Origin: an uncultured delta proteobacterium
GTDB taxonomy: Bacteria > Desulfobacterota > Deferrisomatia > Deferrisomatales > JACRMM01
DNA length: 64,000 nucleotides
Direction: 5' to 3'
NCBI GenBank assembly: GCA_963707045.1
Contig: CAVPOV010000017.1
Location: forward strand, 14,871-78,870
Positions 37,260 to 46,850 of this stretch are shown here, in pieces (positions within the stretch are counted from its first letter, which is position 1; each line of letters starts with the position of its first letter). A program made the translations under genes and the position numbers. Below the pieces are notes generated by a model. The model was not told where the DNA came from. It was given only the letters and a program-made list of their open reading frames with translations, and made no database searches.

Positions 37260-38063
37260 TCAATACGCCCACCCGACCCCGAAGATCGCGAACTGGGACT
37301 GCAGCGTGAGGCCCGCGGCCTCCGCCGTGGAACTCCACCAGTAGTCCTCCTCGGGCTCGGAGCTCAAGTCCGCGTGCAGGTAGCGGTACTCGGAGAAGAC
37401 GTGGAAGCCCCGGGTCACCCGATACCGCAAGCCGACCCGGAGGTCGACCCCCGCGTCCACGTCGACCTCGTCGACGCGGAACTCGTCTCCCTGCGCACTC
37501 CCGGTCTCGGTGCGGAAGCGGCCCTCGATGCCGTAGGTCACCAGGGCCAGCCCGGCCGCGACGTATCCCTCCACGCGGTCCGGGATCTCCTCCGTTCCCC
37601 ACAGCCCCTTGCGGAGGTAGAGGAGCAGCGAGAGCGGGGCCACCCAGACGTCCACGTCGCCGTCGGTCTTCGGGGCGTAGTACCAGAGGTCCGCGCCGGC
37701 CCCCACCGCTCCCCAGAACCGCGTGTACCTTGCGCCGACGAGCCACGTCGGGTCGAACTCCACGTCCTGCTCCCCGCGCCGCGTCGACGTGAAGGGGAAG
37801 AAGATCGTCTCCACCTCGGCCTCCACGGTGTCGTCGGAGGTCCACGCCGCGCCCCCGTAGAGATCGAAGTAGCTCTCCCGGGGTGTGGCGGCCCGGGACC
37901 CGGACGAACCCAGGAGGAGGACGACCACGCCGAAACCCGCGACGGCGCCCGGGAGGCGCCCTCCCCCGCGGGGAGCGGACGGACGGACGAGGGCCGGCGC
38001 TGAGCCGACGCCCTCTCGGGATTCGGTGGACACGGGGACGACACTCCGAACGATGGGTTCCAT
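37260..38063 (-). CDS. Outer-membrane beta-barrel protein (small OmpW/OmpA-like barrel)
   Basis: Track ORF 37260..38303. The ATG at 38063 is preceded by GCAGGAGG 6 nt upstream. It has alternating-hydrophobic strands, many Tyr/Trp/Gly/Asp residues and a C-terminal ..AIFGVGWAY. A sigma-54 promoter lies upstream. Confidence 0.7.
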   Translation of the reverse strand: MEPIVRSVVPVSTESREGVGSAPALVRPSAPRGGGRLPGAVAGFGVVVLLLGSSGSRAATPRESYFDLYGGAAWTSDDTVEAEVETIFFPFTSTRRGEQDVEFDPTWLVGARYTRFWGAVGAGADLWYYAPKTDGDVDVWVAPLSLLLYLRKGLWGTEEIPDRVEGYVAAGLALVTYGIEGRFRTETGSAQGDEFRVDEVDVDAGVDLRVGLRYRVTRGFHVFSEYRYLHADLSSEPEEDYWWSSTAEAAGLTLQSQFAIFGVGWAY

Positions 38064-38111
38064 GGCTGGCCTCCTGCTGGCGGGGAGAGACTCTGCCCTA
38101 CCCGCTCCAAC

Positions 38112-38126
38112 GCAAGAGGCCTGCCA
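38112..38126 (-). promoter_or_regulatory. Sigma-54 (-24/-12) promoter for the outer-membrane barrel gene
   Basis: The minus strand reads TGGCAG-gcctc-TTGCg with canonical spacing. The -12 element is about 45 nt upstream of the ATG at 38063, and a sigma-54 activator gene lies divergently. Confidence 0.5.
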
Positions 38127-38305
38127 CGGCCCCCGGGGCGGCCCTGCACCCGGGAATGCCTTCAAATCCAGCATCGCGGGCCGCCCTTCCACCTTCGCCC
38201 CTCGCCTTCGGGCGGCGCCGCGTGTAGGTTGGGCCTGCACCCGCAGGAGGGCGACGATTCGCCGCCGAGATCCGCGCAGAGGCCCTGCTCCCGAAGGAGG
38301 CACCC

Positions 38306-39844
38306 ATGGCTCCCACCGTCCAGCTCTCGGCGGGCGACCGGGAATTCTTCCAGGTGGTCTCCCGCGCCCTCTTCAGCAACCCCTTCGGACAGGAGAGGAC
38401 CGAGCTGGACCGCAAGATCGCCGGCTGGGTCGGGGGCGAGTCCGAAGAGGACACCATGGAGCGGGCGATCGAGAAGATCCTGCAGCGGGTGGACGAACTC
38501 GAGAAGGCGGGCAAGGCGCGCCTGGACCTGTACCGCGGCGAGTTGGCCTCGACCATGCGCAACGTGTACGCCTTCGAGGTCTTCTACCGTTTCCGCCGCG
38601 AGTTCCGCGACCTCATCAAGGCCCAGATCCGGGAGGGCGACGACCCGCTGCCGGTGCGCTTCGCGCGGGAGGCCATCGCCAACTACCTCCGCCGGGGCCT
38701 CCCCGAGGACCTGGCCGTGCGCTTCTTCGGCATCAGCTACCAGGCCTGGCGCGCCTTCTACTTCATCCACCGGAACCTGGTGGGGGTGAGCCCCGCGATG
38801 CGGCAGCTGCGCTTCGCCCTGTGGAACAACGTGTTCTCCCAGAACCTGGAGTGGTACGGCCTGTACCTGTGGGAACGGATGGAGCACTTCTCCACGCTGC
38901 TCCTGGGAGACACCGGCACGGGGAAGGGGACGGCGGCCGCGGCCATCGGGCAGTCGGGGTTCATCCCCTTCGATCCGCGGAAGGGCCGCTTCGCCGAGAG
39001 CTTCACGCGGAGCTTCATATCCCTCAACCTCTCCCAGTTCCCGGAGACCCTCATCGAGTCGGAACTCTTCGGGCACCGGAAGGGGGCGTTCACCGGGGCG
39101 TTCGAGCACCACGACGGCATCTTCTCCCGGTGCACCCCCCACGGGTCCATCTTCCTCGACGAGATCGGCGACCTCTCCGGCCCGCTCCAGATCAAGCTGC
39201 TGCGCGTCCTGCAGGAGCGGACCTTCGCGAAGGTGGGAAGCCACGAGCAGCTCCGGTTCCGCGGGCGGGTGATCGCGGCCACCAACCGGCGTCTGGACGA
39301 CCTGCGCCGGAGCGGGCACTTCCGGGACGACCTGTACTACCGCATGTGCTCCAACACCATCGTGCTGCCGACCCTGCGGCAGCGCTTCCGGGAGGACCCG
39401 CGGGAGTTCGACCTGATGCTGGGCTTCACGGTCCGCCGCATGATGGGGGAGGACCGGCCGGCCCTCGTGGCGTGGCTCCGGGAGATCCTCGAGCGGGACC
39501 TCGGCCGCGACTACCCGTGGCCGGGCAACGTGCGGGAACTGGAGCAGGCGGTGCGCAGCGCGCTCCTCATCAGCACCTACCCCGGCGACAGCGCCCTGGC
39601 GGCGCCGGGCGGCGAGATCGGGCTCCTGTCACGGATCCAGCAGGGGGACGTGACCGTGGAGGAGCTCGTCGCGGGGTACTGTGCCATGCTGTACAAGCGG
39701 TACGGCACGTACGAGGAGGTCGCCCGCCGCACGAAGCTCGACTGGCGCACCGTGCGAAAACACGTCCGCTCCGAGGACGCGGGATCGGCGATGGGTGAGA
39801 AGGGCGGCGCGAAGGGACTCCGCTCGCTGTTCCGCACCCCCTAG
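38306..39844 (+). CDS. Sigma-54-dependent transcriptional activator with an unrecognised roughly 190-aa N-terminal domain
   Basis: Track ORF 38306..39844: Walker A GDTGTGKG, ESELFGHRKGAFTGA (GAFTGA loop), IFLDEIGDL, RVIAATN, WPGNVRELEQ, and a C-terminal HTH (YEEVARRTKLDWRTVRKHV). The N-terminus shows no REC/PAS/GAF hallmarks that I can recognise. Confidence 0.9.
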   Translation: MAPTVQLSAGDREFFQVVSRALFSNPFGQERTELDRKIAGWVGGESEEDTMERAIEKILQRVDELEKAGKARLDLYRGELASTMRNVYAFEVFYRFRREFRDLIKAQIREGDDPLPVRFAREAIANYLRRGLPEDLAVRFFGISYQAWRAFYFIHRNLVGVSPAMRQLRFALWNNVFSQNLEWYGLYLWERMEHFSTLLLGDTGTGKGTAAAAIGQSGFIPFDPRKGRFAESFTRSFISLNLSQFPETLIESELFGHRKGAFTGAFEHHDGIFSRCTPHGSIFLDEIGDLSGPLQIKLLRVLQERTFAKVGSHEQLRFRGRVIAATNRRLDDLRRSGHFRDDLYYRMCSNTIVLPTLRQRFREDPREFDLMLGFTVRRMMGEDRPALVAWLREILERDLGRDYPWPGNVRELEQAVRSALLISTYPGDSALAAPGGEIGLLSRIQQGDVTVEELVAGYCAMLYKRYGTYEEVARRTKLDWRTVRKHVRSEDAGSAMGEKGGAKGLRSLFRTP

Positions 39845-39870
39845 CGGCCGTGCCCGGGCGGGGCGGGCCG

Positions 39871-40303
39871 TCAGCCGCCGAAGACGAGCTTCATGCCGAA
39901 GGCACGGCACACGTCGAACTCGGCCCCTTTGAGCCCCTGCTTGGCCCGCAGCGGCTCCTGAACCATCCGCATGGCGCACTCGCGCTCGAGGCGCAGGGCC
40001 ACCTTGAACGGCCCCTCGCCGCTCCAGCCGTAGGAGCCGAAGGCAGCCGCGTACTTCCCCTTGACCCCCTGCGCCAGCCAGGCGGTCGACGAACTCGGCC
40101 ACCGACGGCAGTTCCTTGGCCTCCTGGGTCGGGGTCCCCACGGCGATGGCGTCGAAGCCGTCCAGCGACGAGACGTCCTCCACGTCCTCCACCCGCATCA
40201 CGGTGGCTTCTCCCCCCGCTGCCCTCACGCCCTCCCCGATCACCTGGGCCATCTTCTCGGTCTCGCCGGTCCGGCTCGCGTACACGATGGCGACTCTTCT
40301 CAC
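39871..40303 (-). pseudogene. Flavodoxin-family protein, one frameshift near 40075
   Basis: GGAGA-N3-GTG at 40303, then RRVAIVYASRTGETEKMAQVIGEGV...FDAIAVGTPTQ...EFVDRLA (frame of ORF 39629..40987). After a one-step frame hop it continues GVKGKYAAAFGSYGWSGEGPFKVALRLERECAMRMVQEPL...FGMKLVFGG, with the stop at 39871. Confidence 0.7.
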
Positions 40304-40451
40304 GGCTCTCCTCTCTCGGCGTTTCGCCCCGCGGTCGTCGCATCGGTGGAAGCGCGGTCCTCCCGGCTCCCCGCACGACGGACCCGGGCAGTCTCCCGGC
40401 TGCGGCCGGCCCAGTATAGCCCAACACCGCGGCGAGGGCTCCGGGCGCGGC

Positions 40452-41048
40452 TCACTCCGAGGAGTCGGCCATCCGGGCCCGGAGCGCCGTGTACAGCTCG
40501 TGGGCCCCCAGCCCCCGGGGATTCCCCAGCGAGGCCAGCGAGTCGGCGCGAAGAAGGCCGAGCAGCAGGGGGAAGCGGGGATCGGCGGCGAAGCGGCGCT
40601 GCCGAGGCGAAGCGTCGTCGGGGCTCGCCAATCCCCAGGAGAGATGAAAGGTGTGATGGCGCACGGCCCAGACGATGCGCTCCCGGCGCTCGCGGGGCAC
40701 GCCGAGCCGCTCGAGCACAGCCGCGGCCGCCGTCGCCCCCTCCCGGGCGTGTCCCCGGGAGCGGATCTCGCCGTCGAGCACGCGGGTCGTGGCGGGCTTG
40801 CCCAGGTCGTGGAGGAGCGCGGCCCAGAGAAGGTCGGGATCGCTGCCGGCGGGGCACGCCTCGACCGCCATCCGGGTGTGGGTCGCCACGTCCCCCTCCC
40901 CGTGGTAGCGGGCCGGTTGAGGCACGCCCTCCAGGGCCTCGAGCTCCGGGACGCCCTCGACGATCCGGTCCCACCACCCGGGCTCACGGGCCTCGAGGAC
41001 GGCCTCCAGGTCGCGAAACGCCCCGCCCGGCGGTGCCGCCGAGGTCAC
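40452..41048 (-). CDS. Stand-alone HD-domain phosphohydrolase of the CCA-adding-enzyme HD type
   Basis: Track ORF 40452..41060: PQPARYHGEGDVATHT ... LLHDLGKP ... HH. This pattern is like the HD domain fused to CCA-adding enzymes. The preferred start is the GTG at 41048 (GGAGG upstream, GTGA overlap with the upstream stop); the alternative is the GTG at 41060. Confidence 0.75.
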   Translation of the reverse strand: MTSAAPPGGAFRDLEAVLEAREPGWWDRIVEGVPELEALEGVPQPARYHGEGDVATHTRMAVEACPAGSDPDLLWAALLHDLGKPATTRVLDGEIRSRGHAREGATAAAAVLERLGVPRERRERIVWAVRHHTFHLSWGLASPDDASPRQRRFAADPRFPLLLGLLRADSLASLGNPRGLGAHELYTALRARMADSSE

Positions 41049-41869
41049 GCCTCCTCCCACACCCGGGGTTCCCCGCGCCCGGTCTGCGCCGCGAGGAGCC
41101 GGTCGAGGTTCCCGGTGAACCGAACGATCCGGCCCCAGCTCGACGCGACGATGCCCTGGCTGTGGGCCAGGTTGTTTCGCAGCGTCTCCAGTTCCTTGAG
41201 GTTGCGCAGGCCCTCCTTGCGGGACGCGAGGCCCAGGGCCGCCCTCTCGGCGGGCTCTCGGAGGAGGATCTGGCCCTTGTCCGAGAACTGCAGGCAGTCC
41301 AGGAGGTCGACGCGCTCACCCCGGCGGGCCCGCTCCCGCTTCAACTCGCGGGCCTTCGCCAGGCGCGCCTCCGCTACCCGGCCCTCCCACCCTCCCTCGG
41401 GGAAGCGGTCCCGAATCCGGTCGGTCACCAGCATCTCCACGATCGTGATCATTCCGAACAGGAGCATGCGCACCGGAGGCTTTTCGAGGTCCGCGAGGGT
41501 GACGATGGCCCCGGCCCGGTCGAGCACCGTCACGAAGCACCTCCCGTTGGCGCCCAGCGACTGGATGGCCTCCACCAGGCTGGCGCCCTCGTCCACGCAG
41601 TCGTCCTGGCCGAACGCCCGCAGGTGGTCGCCGAGCAGCCCCTCGTCCAGGTCCTCGGCGCACGCGTAGCCGCACACCAACCCCTCGCGCCGCACACCGA
41701 CGAGGTCGAAGCCGCGCTCGCGCAACCGGGTCCGCACGGCCGAGGCTTCCGCCTCCGCGTCGAAGGAGACGAGCGGCTCCGCGATGTCGAGCACCGTGAA
41801 GCCTTCGAGGAAGAGCCGCCGGAGCCTCTCCGGCGTGGCGTGGGGGATGGGAGAAGCGGGGGGCACCAT
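41045..41869 (-). CDS. CBS-pair domain protein with a C-terminal HEPN-like domain (RNxxAH motif), 274 aa
   Basis: C-terminal 274 aa of track ORF 41045..42217. The ATG at 41869 has GAGGAGG 4 nt upstream. The N-terminal half looks like a CBS pair (FTVLDIAEPLVSFDAE..GFDLVGVRREGLVCGYA..DL ; ..ANGRCFVTVLDRAGAIVTLADL). The C-terminal helical part carries LETLRNNLAHSQG, i.e. the R-x4-H HEPN RNase signature, about 40 aa from the end. Confidence 0.65.
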   Translation of the reverse strand: MVPPASPIPHATPERLRRLFLEGFTVLDIAEPLVSFDAEAEASAVRTRLRERGFDLVGVRREGLVCGYACAEDLDEGLLGDHLRAFGQDDCVDEGASLVEAIQSLGANGRCFVTVLDRAGAIVTLADLEKPPVRMLLFGMITIVEMLVTDRIRDRFPEGGWEGRVAEARLAKARELKRERARRGERVDLLDCLQFSDKGQILLREPAERAALGLASRKEGLRNLKELETLRNNLAHSQGIVASSWGRIVRFTGNLDRLLAAQTGRGEPRVWEEA

Positions 41870-41952
41870 CAACCTCCTCGGCGCAGGGGTCCGGTCGCCG
41901 GCAACAGGAGTATCACGTCCCGGGCAGGCCGGGAAGGTCGGAGCCGCACCGG

Positions 41953-41981
41953 TGGCAACGCGGCCCGGTCTGTCGTAGAAT
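41953..41981 (+). promoter_or_regulatory. Candidate sigma-70 promoter for the DUF493 gene
   Basis: TGGCAA-N17-TAGAAT, about 50 nt upstream of the ATG at 42033. The -35 element is weak. Confidence 0.3.
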
Positions 41982-42032
41982 CGGCGCGGTTTCGCGCGCG
42001 GACCCCCTCGCCGACGCCGGCACGAGGACGTC

Positions 42033-42320
42033 ATGGCCGAGAGGACGAGCCCCAGGATCCCCGTGGAGGAACTCCTCGAGTTCCCCACGGCGTTCGCGTT
42101 CAAGGCGATCGGGCGCCACGCCCTCGTCCTTCCCGACCGCGCGTTGACCGCCGTGCGCGGGGTCCTGGGCTCGCAGCGTCCCGTGGGCCTGCGCACGCGG
42201 TTGAGCCGCAACGGCACCTACATCTCCGTCACCTTGAGCGCACGCATCGAATCGGCGGACGAACTGCGGGCGGTCTACGCCGCCCTGCGCACCGTCGACG
42301 GCGTCGTCACCCTCCTGTGA
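42033..42320 (+). CDS. ybeD: DUF493 (YbeD-like) protein
   Basis: Track ORF 42033..42320: FPTAFAFKAIGRH...ISVTLSARIESADELRAVYAALRTVDGV, the typical YbeD pattern and size. Confidence 0.75.
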   Translation: MAERTSPRIPVEELLEFPTAFAFKAIGRHALVLPDRALTAVRGVLGSQRPVGLRTRLSRNGTYISVTLSARIESADELRAVYAALRTVDGVVTLL

Positions 42321-42343
42321 ACCGTCCGTCCCGGAGACCCGTC

Positions 42344-43402
42344 ATGCACCCACGAATCGTCCTCATGGCCTCGCTCCTTCTCGTCGCCTTCGGGCCCGCT
42401 TCGAGTCCGGCCGCGGACGACGCCGCGAAAGAACGCCACCTGACCAACGTCGTGCAGGTGACCGACGAGGGAGACAACGGAGAGGCGTACTGGAGTTGGG
42501 ACGGGAAGCGGCTCATCTGGCAGTCGAACCGGGGCGGCGCGGCGTGCGACCGGATCTGGACCATGGACGCGGACGGCGCGAACAAGCGGCGGGTGAGCCC
42601 CGACCGCGGCGCCCACACCTGCGCCTTCTTCCTCCCGGGGGACGACCGCATCGTCTTCTCCTCCACGAGCCATCTGGAGGGCGACTGCCCGCCCAAGGCC
42701 CAGGCGGACCCGCGGCATCGCTACGTCTGGCAGCTCTATCCCTACGATATCTACGTCGCCGGGGCGGACGGCTCGAACCCACGGCGCCTCACCGACAACC
42801 CGAAGTACGACGCGGAGCCGGTGGCCCGGCGGGACGGCAGGATCGTCTTCGGCTCGCAGCGCGAAGGGGACTTCGACATCTACGCCATGGAGGCGGACGG
42901 GACGAAGGTGACGCGCCTGACCGCCCGCGTCGGCTACGACGGCGGGCCCTGGTGGTCGCCGGACGGTTCGAGGATCGTGTGGCGGGCGTGGTACCCGGAG
43001 AGCGAAGAGGAGAAGGCCCTGTGGCGCGAGTGCATGGAGAACGACTACATCGTGGCCGTGCCCCTCGACCTGTGGGTCATGGACGCCGACGGCTCGAACC
43101 CCCGGCGCCTGACGCAGAACGGGGCTACCAACTGGGCGCCCTCGTGGCACCCGGACGGAGAGCGGATCGTCTTCTCGAGCAACATGGACGACTGGCGCGA
43201 CGACATCGGGAAGTTCGGCCACAACTTCGAGCTCTACATGATCCGCGCCGACGGCACGGGTCTCGAACGCCTCACCTACAACGCCTCCTTCGACAGCTTC
43301 CCGATGTTCTCCCCGGACGGCCGGAGGCTCGCCTTCGGGGCCAACCGGAACCCCCAGAAGCCCCGGGCCACGGACATCTTCGTCGCCGACTGGGTCGAGT
43401 GA
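42344..43402 (+). CDS. Periplasmic TolB-like beta-propeller (PD40 repeat) protein
   Basis: C-terminal 352 aa of track ORF 40061..43402. It has a signal peptide MHPRIVLMASLLLVAFGPASSPAADD and repeated ..SPDG.RIVF.S.R.G..DIY..DADGSN.RRLT.. PD40 motifs. Confidence 0.8.
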   Translation: MHPRIVLMASLLLVAFGPASSPAADDAAKERHLTNVVQVTDEGDNGEAYWSWDGKRLIWQSNRGGAACDRIWTMDADGANKRRVSPDRGAHTCAFFLPGDDRIVFSSTSHLEGDCPPKAQADPRHRYVWQLYPYDIYVAGADGSNPRRLTDNPKYDAEPVARRDGRIVFGSQREGDFDIYAMEADGTKVTRLTARVGYDGGPWWSPDGSRIVWRAWYPESEEEKALWRECMENDYIVAVPLDLWVMDADGSNPRRLTQNGATNWAPSWHPDGERIVFSSNMDDWRDDIGKFGHNFELYMIRADGTGLERLTYNASFDSFPMFSPDGRRLAFGANRNPQKPRATDIFVADWVE

Positions 43403-43500
43403 GGGGCACTCGCGCGGAAATGCCGCTTCCCTGCTGGGTTTTCCTCAAGCTCGAGCCGCTTTCGCCGATCTGAGGGTGGGGGGAGTTTCCGGAGGTCACC

Positions 43501-44370
43501 ATGAGGCTCTTCTGCGCCCTGTTCCTCTCCCTCGCCGTGCTGGGAAGCGCGGTGGCGGCCGAGCTCACCGTCGGCCTGATCCCCGAGCAGAACGTGTTCC
43601 GCCAGAAGCAGCTCTACGACCCCCTCGGGGAGTGGCTCGGGAAGCAGGCGGGCGTGGAGGTCCGCTTCACGATCCTGCCCCGGTACGGGAACATCCTCGA
43701 GAGCTTCCAGGAGAAGAGCCTGGACGGGGCCTTCTGGGGCAGCTTCACCGGCGCGCTGGCGATCCGGCGGCTGGGGGTGGAACCCCTGGCCCGGCCGGTG
43801 TGGAAGGACGGCACCTCCACCTACCACGGCCTGCTCTTCGTGCGGCGGGACAGCGGCATCGTCTCGGCGGCCGACATGAAGGACCGCACCCTGGCGTTCG
43901 TCGACCGGGCCACCACGGCGGGGTACGTCTTCCCCGTGGCGTGGTTTCGCGAGAACGGGATCGCCGACCTCGCGGCCCACCTGCGGGAGACGTTCTTCGC
44001 GGGCAGCCACGACGCGGCCATCGCCGCGGTCCTGGACGGGAAGGCGGACATCGGGTGCGCGAAGAACACCATCTTCCGTTCCCTGGCCGCCCGGGATCCC
44101 AGGGTGGAGCGGGACCTCGTGGTGCTCGCCCGATCTCCGGACGTGCCCTCCAACGCGCTCGGGGTGAGATCCGACCTGCCCGGCGACCTGAAGGAGAAGC
44201 TGCGCGCGGCCCTCCTCGCCATGGCTTCCGACCCCGAGGGGCTCAGGGTGCTCGAGTCGTTCGGGGCCCTGAAGTTCGTGGAGACGAGCCGCGACGACTA
44301 CGCGCCGGTGTTCGACATGGCGTCCAAGGCCGCGATCGACCTCTCCGCCTACGACTACCGCAACCAGTAG
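43501..44370 (+). CDS. PhnD-like periplasmic substrate-binding protein
   Basis: Track ORF 43501..44370: signal peptide, then TVGLIPEQNVFRQKQLYDPLGEWL...GAFWGSFTGA...SGIVSAADMKDRTLAFVDRATTAGYVFP...DIGCAKN. It is 10 nt upstream of a hybrid kinase gene. Confidence 0.75.
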   Translation: MRLFCALFLSLAVLGSAVAAELTVGLIPEQNVFRQKQLYDPLGEWLGKQAGVEVRFTILPRYGNILESFQEKSLDGAFWGSFTGALAIRRLGVEPLARPVWKDGTSTYHGLLFVRRDSGIVSAADMKDRTLAFVDRATTAGYVFPVAWFRENGIADLAAHLRETFFAGSHDAAIAAVLDGKADIGCAKNTIFRSLAARDPRVERDLVVLARSPDVPSNALGVRSDLPGDLKEKLRAALLAMASDPEGLRVLESFGALKFVETSRDDYAPVFDMASKAAIDLSAYDYRNQ

Positions 44371-44380
44371 CCCTCCGGCG

Positions 44381-46837
44381 ATGAAGCTCCGCATCCTCCT
44401 CGCCTTCCTGGTCCTGTTCGGGGCCTTCGCCCTCGGCGGGGTGGTGGCGCTCGTGCAGATGGGCCGCACCGGCGACGAACTCCAGCGCCTGATCCAACTG
44501 CACAAGATCGAGAACCTCCGGCGCGATCTCGTCATCGACGTGCACAGCGTGCAGGGGGACCTCTTCACCGTCCGAACGCCGATGGCACGCAACCTCGACG
44601 CCATCGTGGAGAACGCCCTGCACCTGGAGACGGCGGCGAAGAACTGCAGCGCCTGCCATCACCCCCTGGAGCTGTCGGCGGCGTTCTCGGAGATCGAGGC
44701 CCTGATCCGGGAGTACCAGACCGCGCTGAGTTACTACATCACGGCGCGGGCCAACCGCGAGAGGCTCGAACGGTTCCAGCTGGAAGCGGCCGCCCTGGGA
44801 GACCGCATCCTGATGCGGGCCGAGCAGATGTCGGTCCAGGCGAGCCAGCGGCTCGAGGCCCTCACCCGGGCGGCGAGCGAGCGCCTGGGGCGCGTGCGGC
44901 TCGTCCTCATCCTCACAGCGGTCGCCACCCTGTTCGTCGCCCTCCTGGCGGCCTTCCACTTGGCGCGCTCCGTCACGCAGCCGGTGGCCCGCCTCCTCGA
45001 GGCCACGCGCTCCATCGCGGGGGGGGAGCTCGGCCGGACGGTGGAGTGGGAGGGCGGCACGGAATTTTCGGAACTGGCCCAGAACTTCAACCGCATGAGC
45101 CTCGGCCTCAAGGACGGGTACGAGCAGCTGCGGACCGCCAACGAGGAACTCCGGGGCGAGGTGGCCGAGCGACGGCGGGCGGAGGAGGCCCTGCGGCGCG
45201 ACGAGGCCCGGCTCCAGGCCCTGCTCGAGCTCGCCCGGATGCCGCGCGCCTCCACGGTCGAGGTGGCCGACTTCACGCTGGACCGGGCGTTGCGGTTGAC
45301 CGAGAGCGCCGCGGGCTTCGTCGCCCTGAGCGAAGACGGCCGGATCTTCTCCCGCCAGGCGCTGCGCACCGCGGCGGGAGAGCCGTGCGCGGTGGGCGGA
45401 GGCGCCGAGCACGCCCCCATCGACCGGGCCGGGATCTGGGCGGAGGCCGTGCGGACCCGGCAACCGATCATCCGCAACGAGACGACCCGGCCCATGTCGC
45501 GGCTGCCCGCGGGGCACCCGCGGCTCGGGCGCCTCCTCGTGGTGCCCCTCGTGGAGGACGACCGGGTCCTCGGGGTGGTGGCGGTGGCGAACCGCGCGGA
45601 GGACTACGGAAGGCCCGACGCGCGCCAGCTCGAGCTCCTCCTCCACGGCCTCTGGGAGCACGTGCAGCGCCAGAAGAGCGAGGCGGCGCTCCAGAGGGCC
45701 CAGAAGCTCGAGTCGGTCGGACTCCTGGCCGGGGGCATCGCCCACGACTTCAACAACCTCCTCACCGGGGTCCTGGCCAACGTCTCCCTGGCCCAGAGCT
45801 TCGTCGAGCCGAACGACCGCGTGGCCCATCGGCTCGTCGAGGTGGAAAAGGCGACGGTGCGCGCCCAGGGACTCACGCAGCAGCTGCTGACCTTCTCCAA
45901 GGGGGGGCGCCCGGTCAAGAAGGTGCTCGCCGTCGGGGAGTTGGCGCGGGAGGCGGCCGCCTTCGCCCTCACCGGGACGAAGGCGATCTGCGCCTTCCGG
46001 AGCGCCGACGATCTGCGCACGGCGGCGGTCGACCCCGGGCAGGTGGCCCAGGTCGTCAGCAACATGGTCATCAACGCCGAGCAGGCGATGCCCAGGGGGG
46101 GCACAGTGACCGTGACGTGCGAGAACGCCGAGGTGTCCGAGGCCTCCGGCCTCCCGCTCTCGCCGGGCCCCTACCTGCGGATCACCATCGCGGACCGGGG
46201 CTGCGGCATCCCCGAGGAGAATCTGCCGCAGATCTTCGACCCGTACTTCACCACGAAGGCCGGGGGCAGCGGGCTGGGCCTCACCGTGTCCTACGCGGTG
46301 GTGAAGCAGCACGACGGGCACATCCACGTGGAGTCCACTCCCGGGCAGGGGAGCGCCTTCTCCATCTACCTCCCCGCGGACGGCGGCCCGTCCGAGGAAA
46401 CCGCGGCGTCGGAGCCTTCGAGCCCGATCGCTGCGGTCCGCTGCAACGGGAGGAAGCCCCGCATCCTGCTCATGGACGACGAGGCCATGATCCGGGACGT
46501 GGCGGGGGAACTGCTGCTGCTCCAGGGATTCGGGGCCCTCACGGTCGCCGACGGACGGGAGGCGGTGGAGGCGTACGGCGAGGCGAGGGAGCAGGGAGAA
46601 CCCTTCGACGTCGTGATCCTCGACCTCACGGTGCCCGGCGGCATGGGAGGTCTGGAGGCGGTGCGGCGCATCCGCGAGATCGATCCCGAGGTCCGGGCGA
46701 TCGTTTCGAGCGGCTATTCGGGGGACCCGGTGATGGCGGAGTACGCCCGCTACGGGTTCCGGGGCCGCATCGCCAAGCCCTACCGGATGTCGGAGTTCCT
46801 CCGGACCCTCGGCGAAGTGCTCGAGAGCCCCGCCTGA
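44381..46837 (+). CDS. Hybrid sensor histidine kinase / response regulator (TM, HAMP, GAF-like, HisKA, HATPase, REC)
   Basis: Track ORF 44381..46837: HAMP ([22 protein letters not shown]), H-box [16 protein letters not shown] boxes (VINAEQAMP; DRGCGIP; GSGLGLTV), receiver (RILLMDDE...[13 protein letters not shown]...KPY). Confidence 0.9.
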   Translation: MKLRILLAFLVLFGAFALGGVVALVQMGRTGDELQRLIQLHKIENLRRDLVIDVHSVQGDLFTVRTPMARNLDAIVENALHLETAAKNCSACHHPLELSAAFSEIEALIREYQTALSYYITARANRERLERFQLEAAALGDRILMRAEQMSVQASQRLEALTRAASERLGRVRLVLILTAVATLFVALLAAFHLARSVTQPVARLLEATRSIAGGELGRTVEWEGGTEFSELAQNFNRMSLGLKDGYEQLRTANEELRGEVAERRRAEEALRRDEARLQALLELARMPRASTVEVADFTLDRALRLTESAAGFVALSEDGRIFSRQALRTAAGEPCAVGGGAEHAPIDRAGIWAEAVRTRQPIIRNETTRPMSRLPAGHPRLGRLLVVPLVEDDRVLGVVAVANRAEDYGRPDARQLELLLHGLWEHVQRQKSEAALQRAQKLESVGLLAGGIAHDFNNLLTGVLANVSLAQSFVEPNDRVAHRLVEVEKATVRAQGLTQQLLTFSKGGRPVKKVLAVGELAREAAAFALTGTKAICAFRSADDLRTAAVDPGQVAQVVSNMVINAEQAMPRGGTVTVTCENAEVSEASGLPLSPGPYLRITIADRGCGIPEENLPQIFDPYFTTKAGGSGLGLTVSYAVVKQHDGHIHVESTPGQGSAFSIYLPADGGPSEETAASEPSSPIAAVRCNGRKPRILLMDDEAMIRDVAGELLLLQGFGALTVADGREAVEAYGEAREQGEPFDVVILDLTVPGGMGGLEAVRRIREIDPEVRAIVSSGYSGDPVMAEYARYGFRGRIAKPYRMSEFLRTLGEVLESPA

Positions 46838-46850
46838 ACACTCCGAGAAG

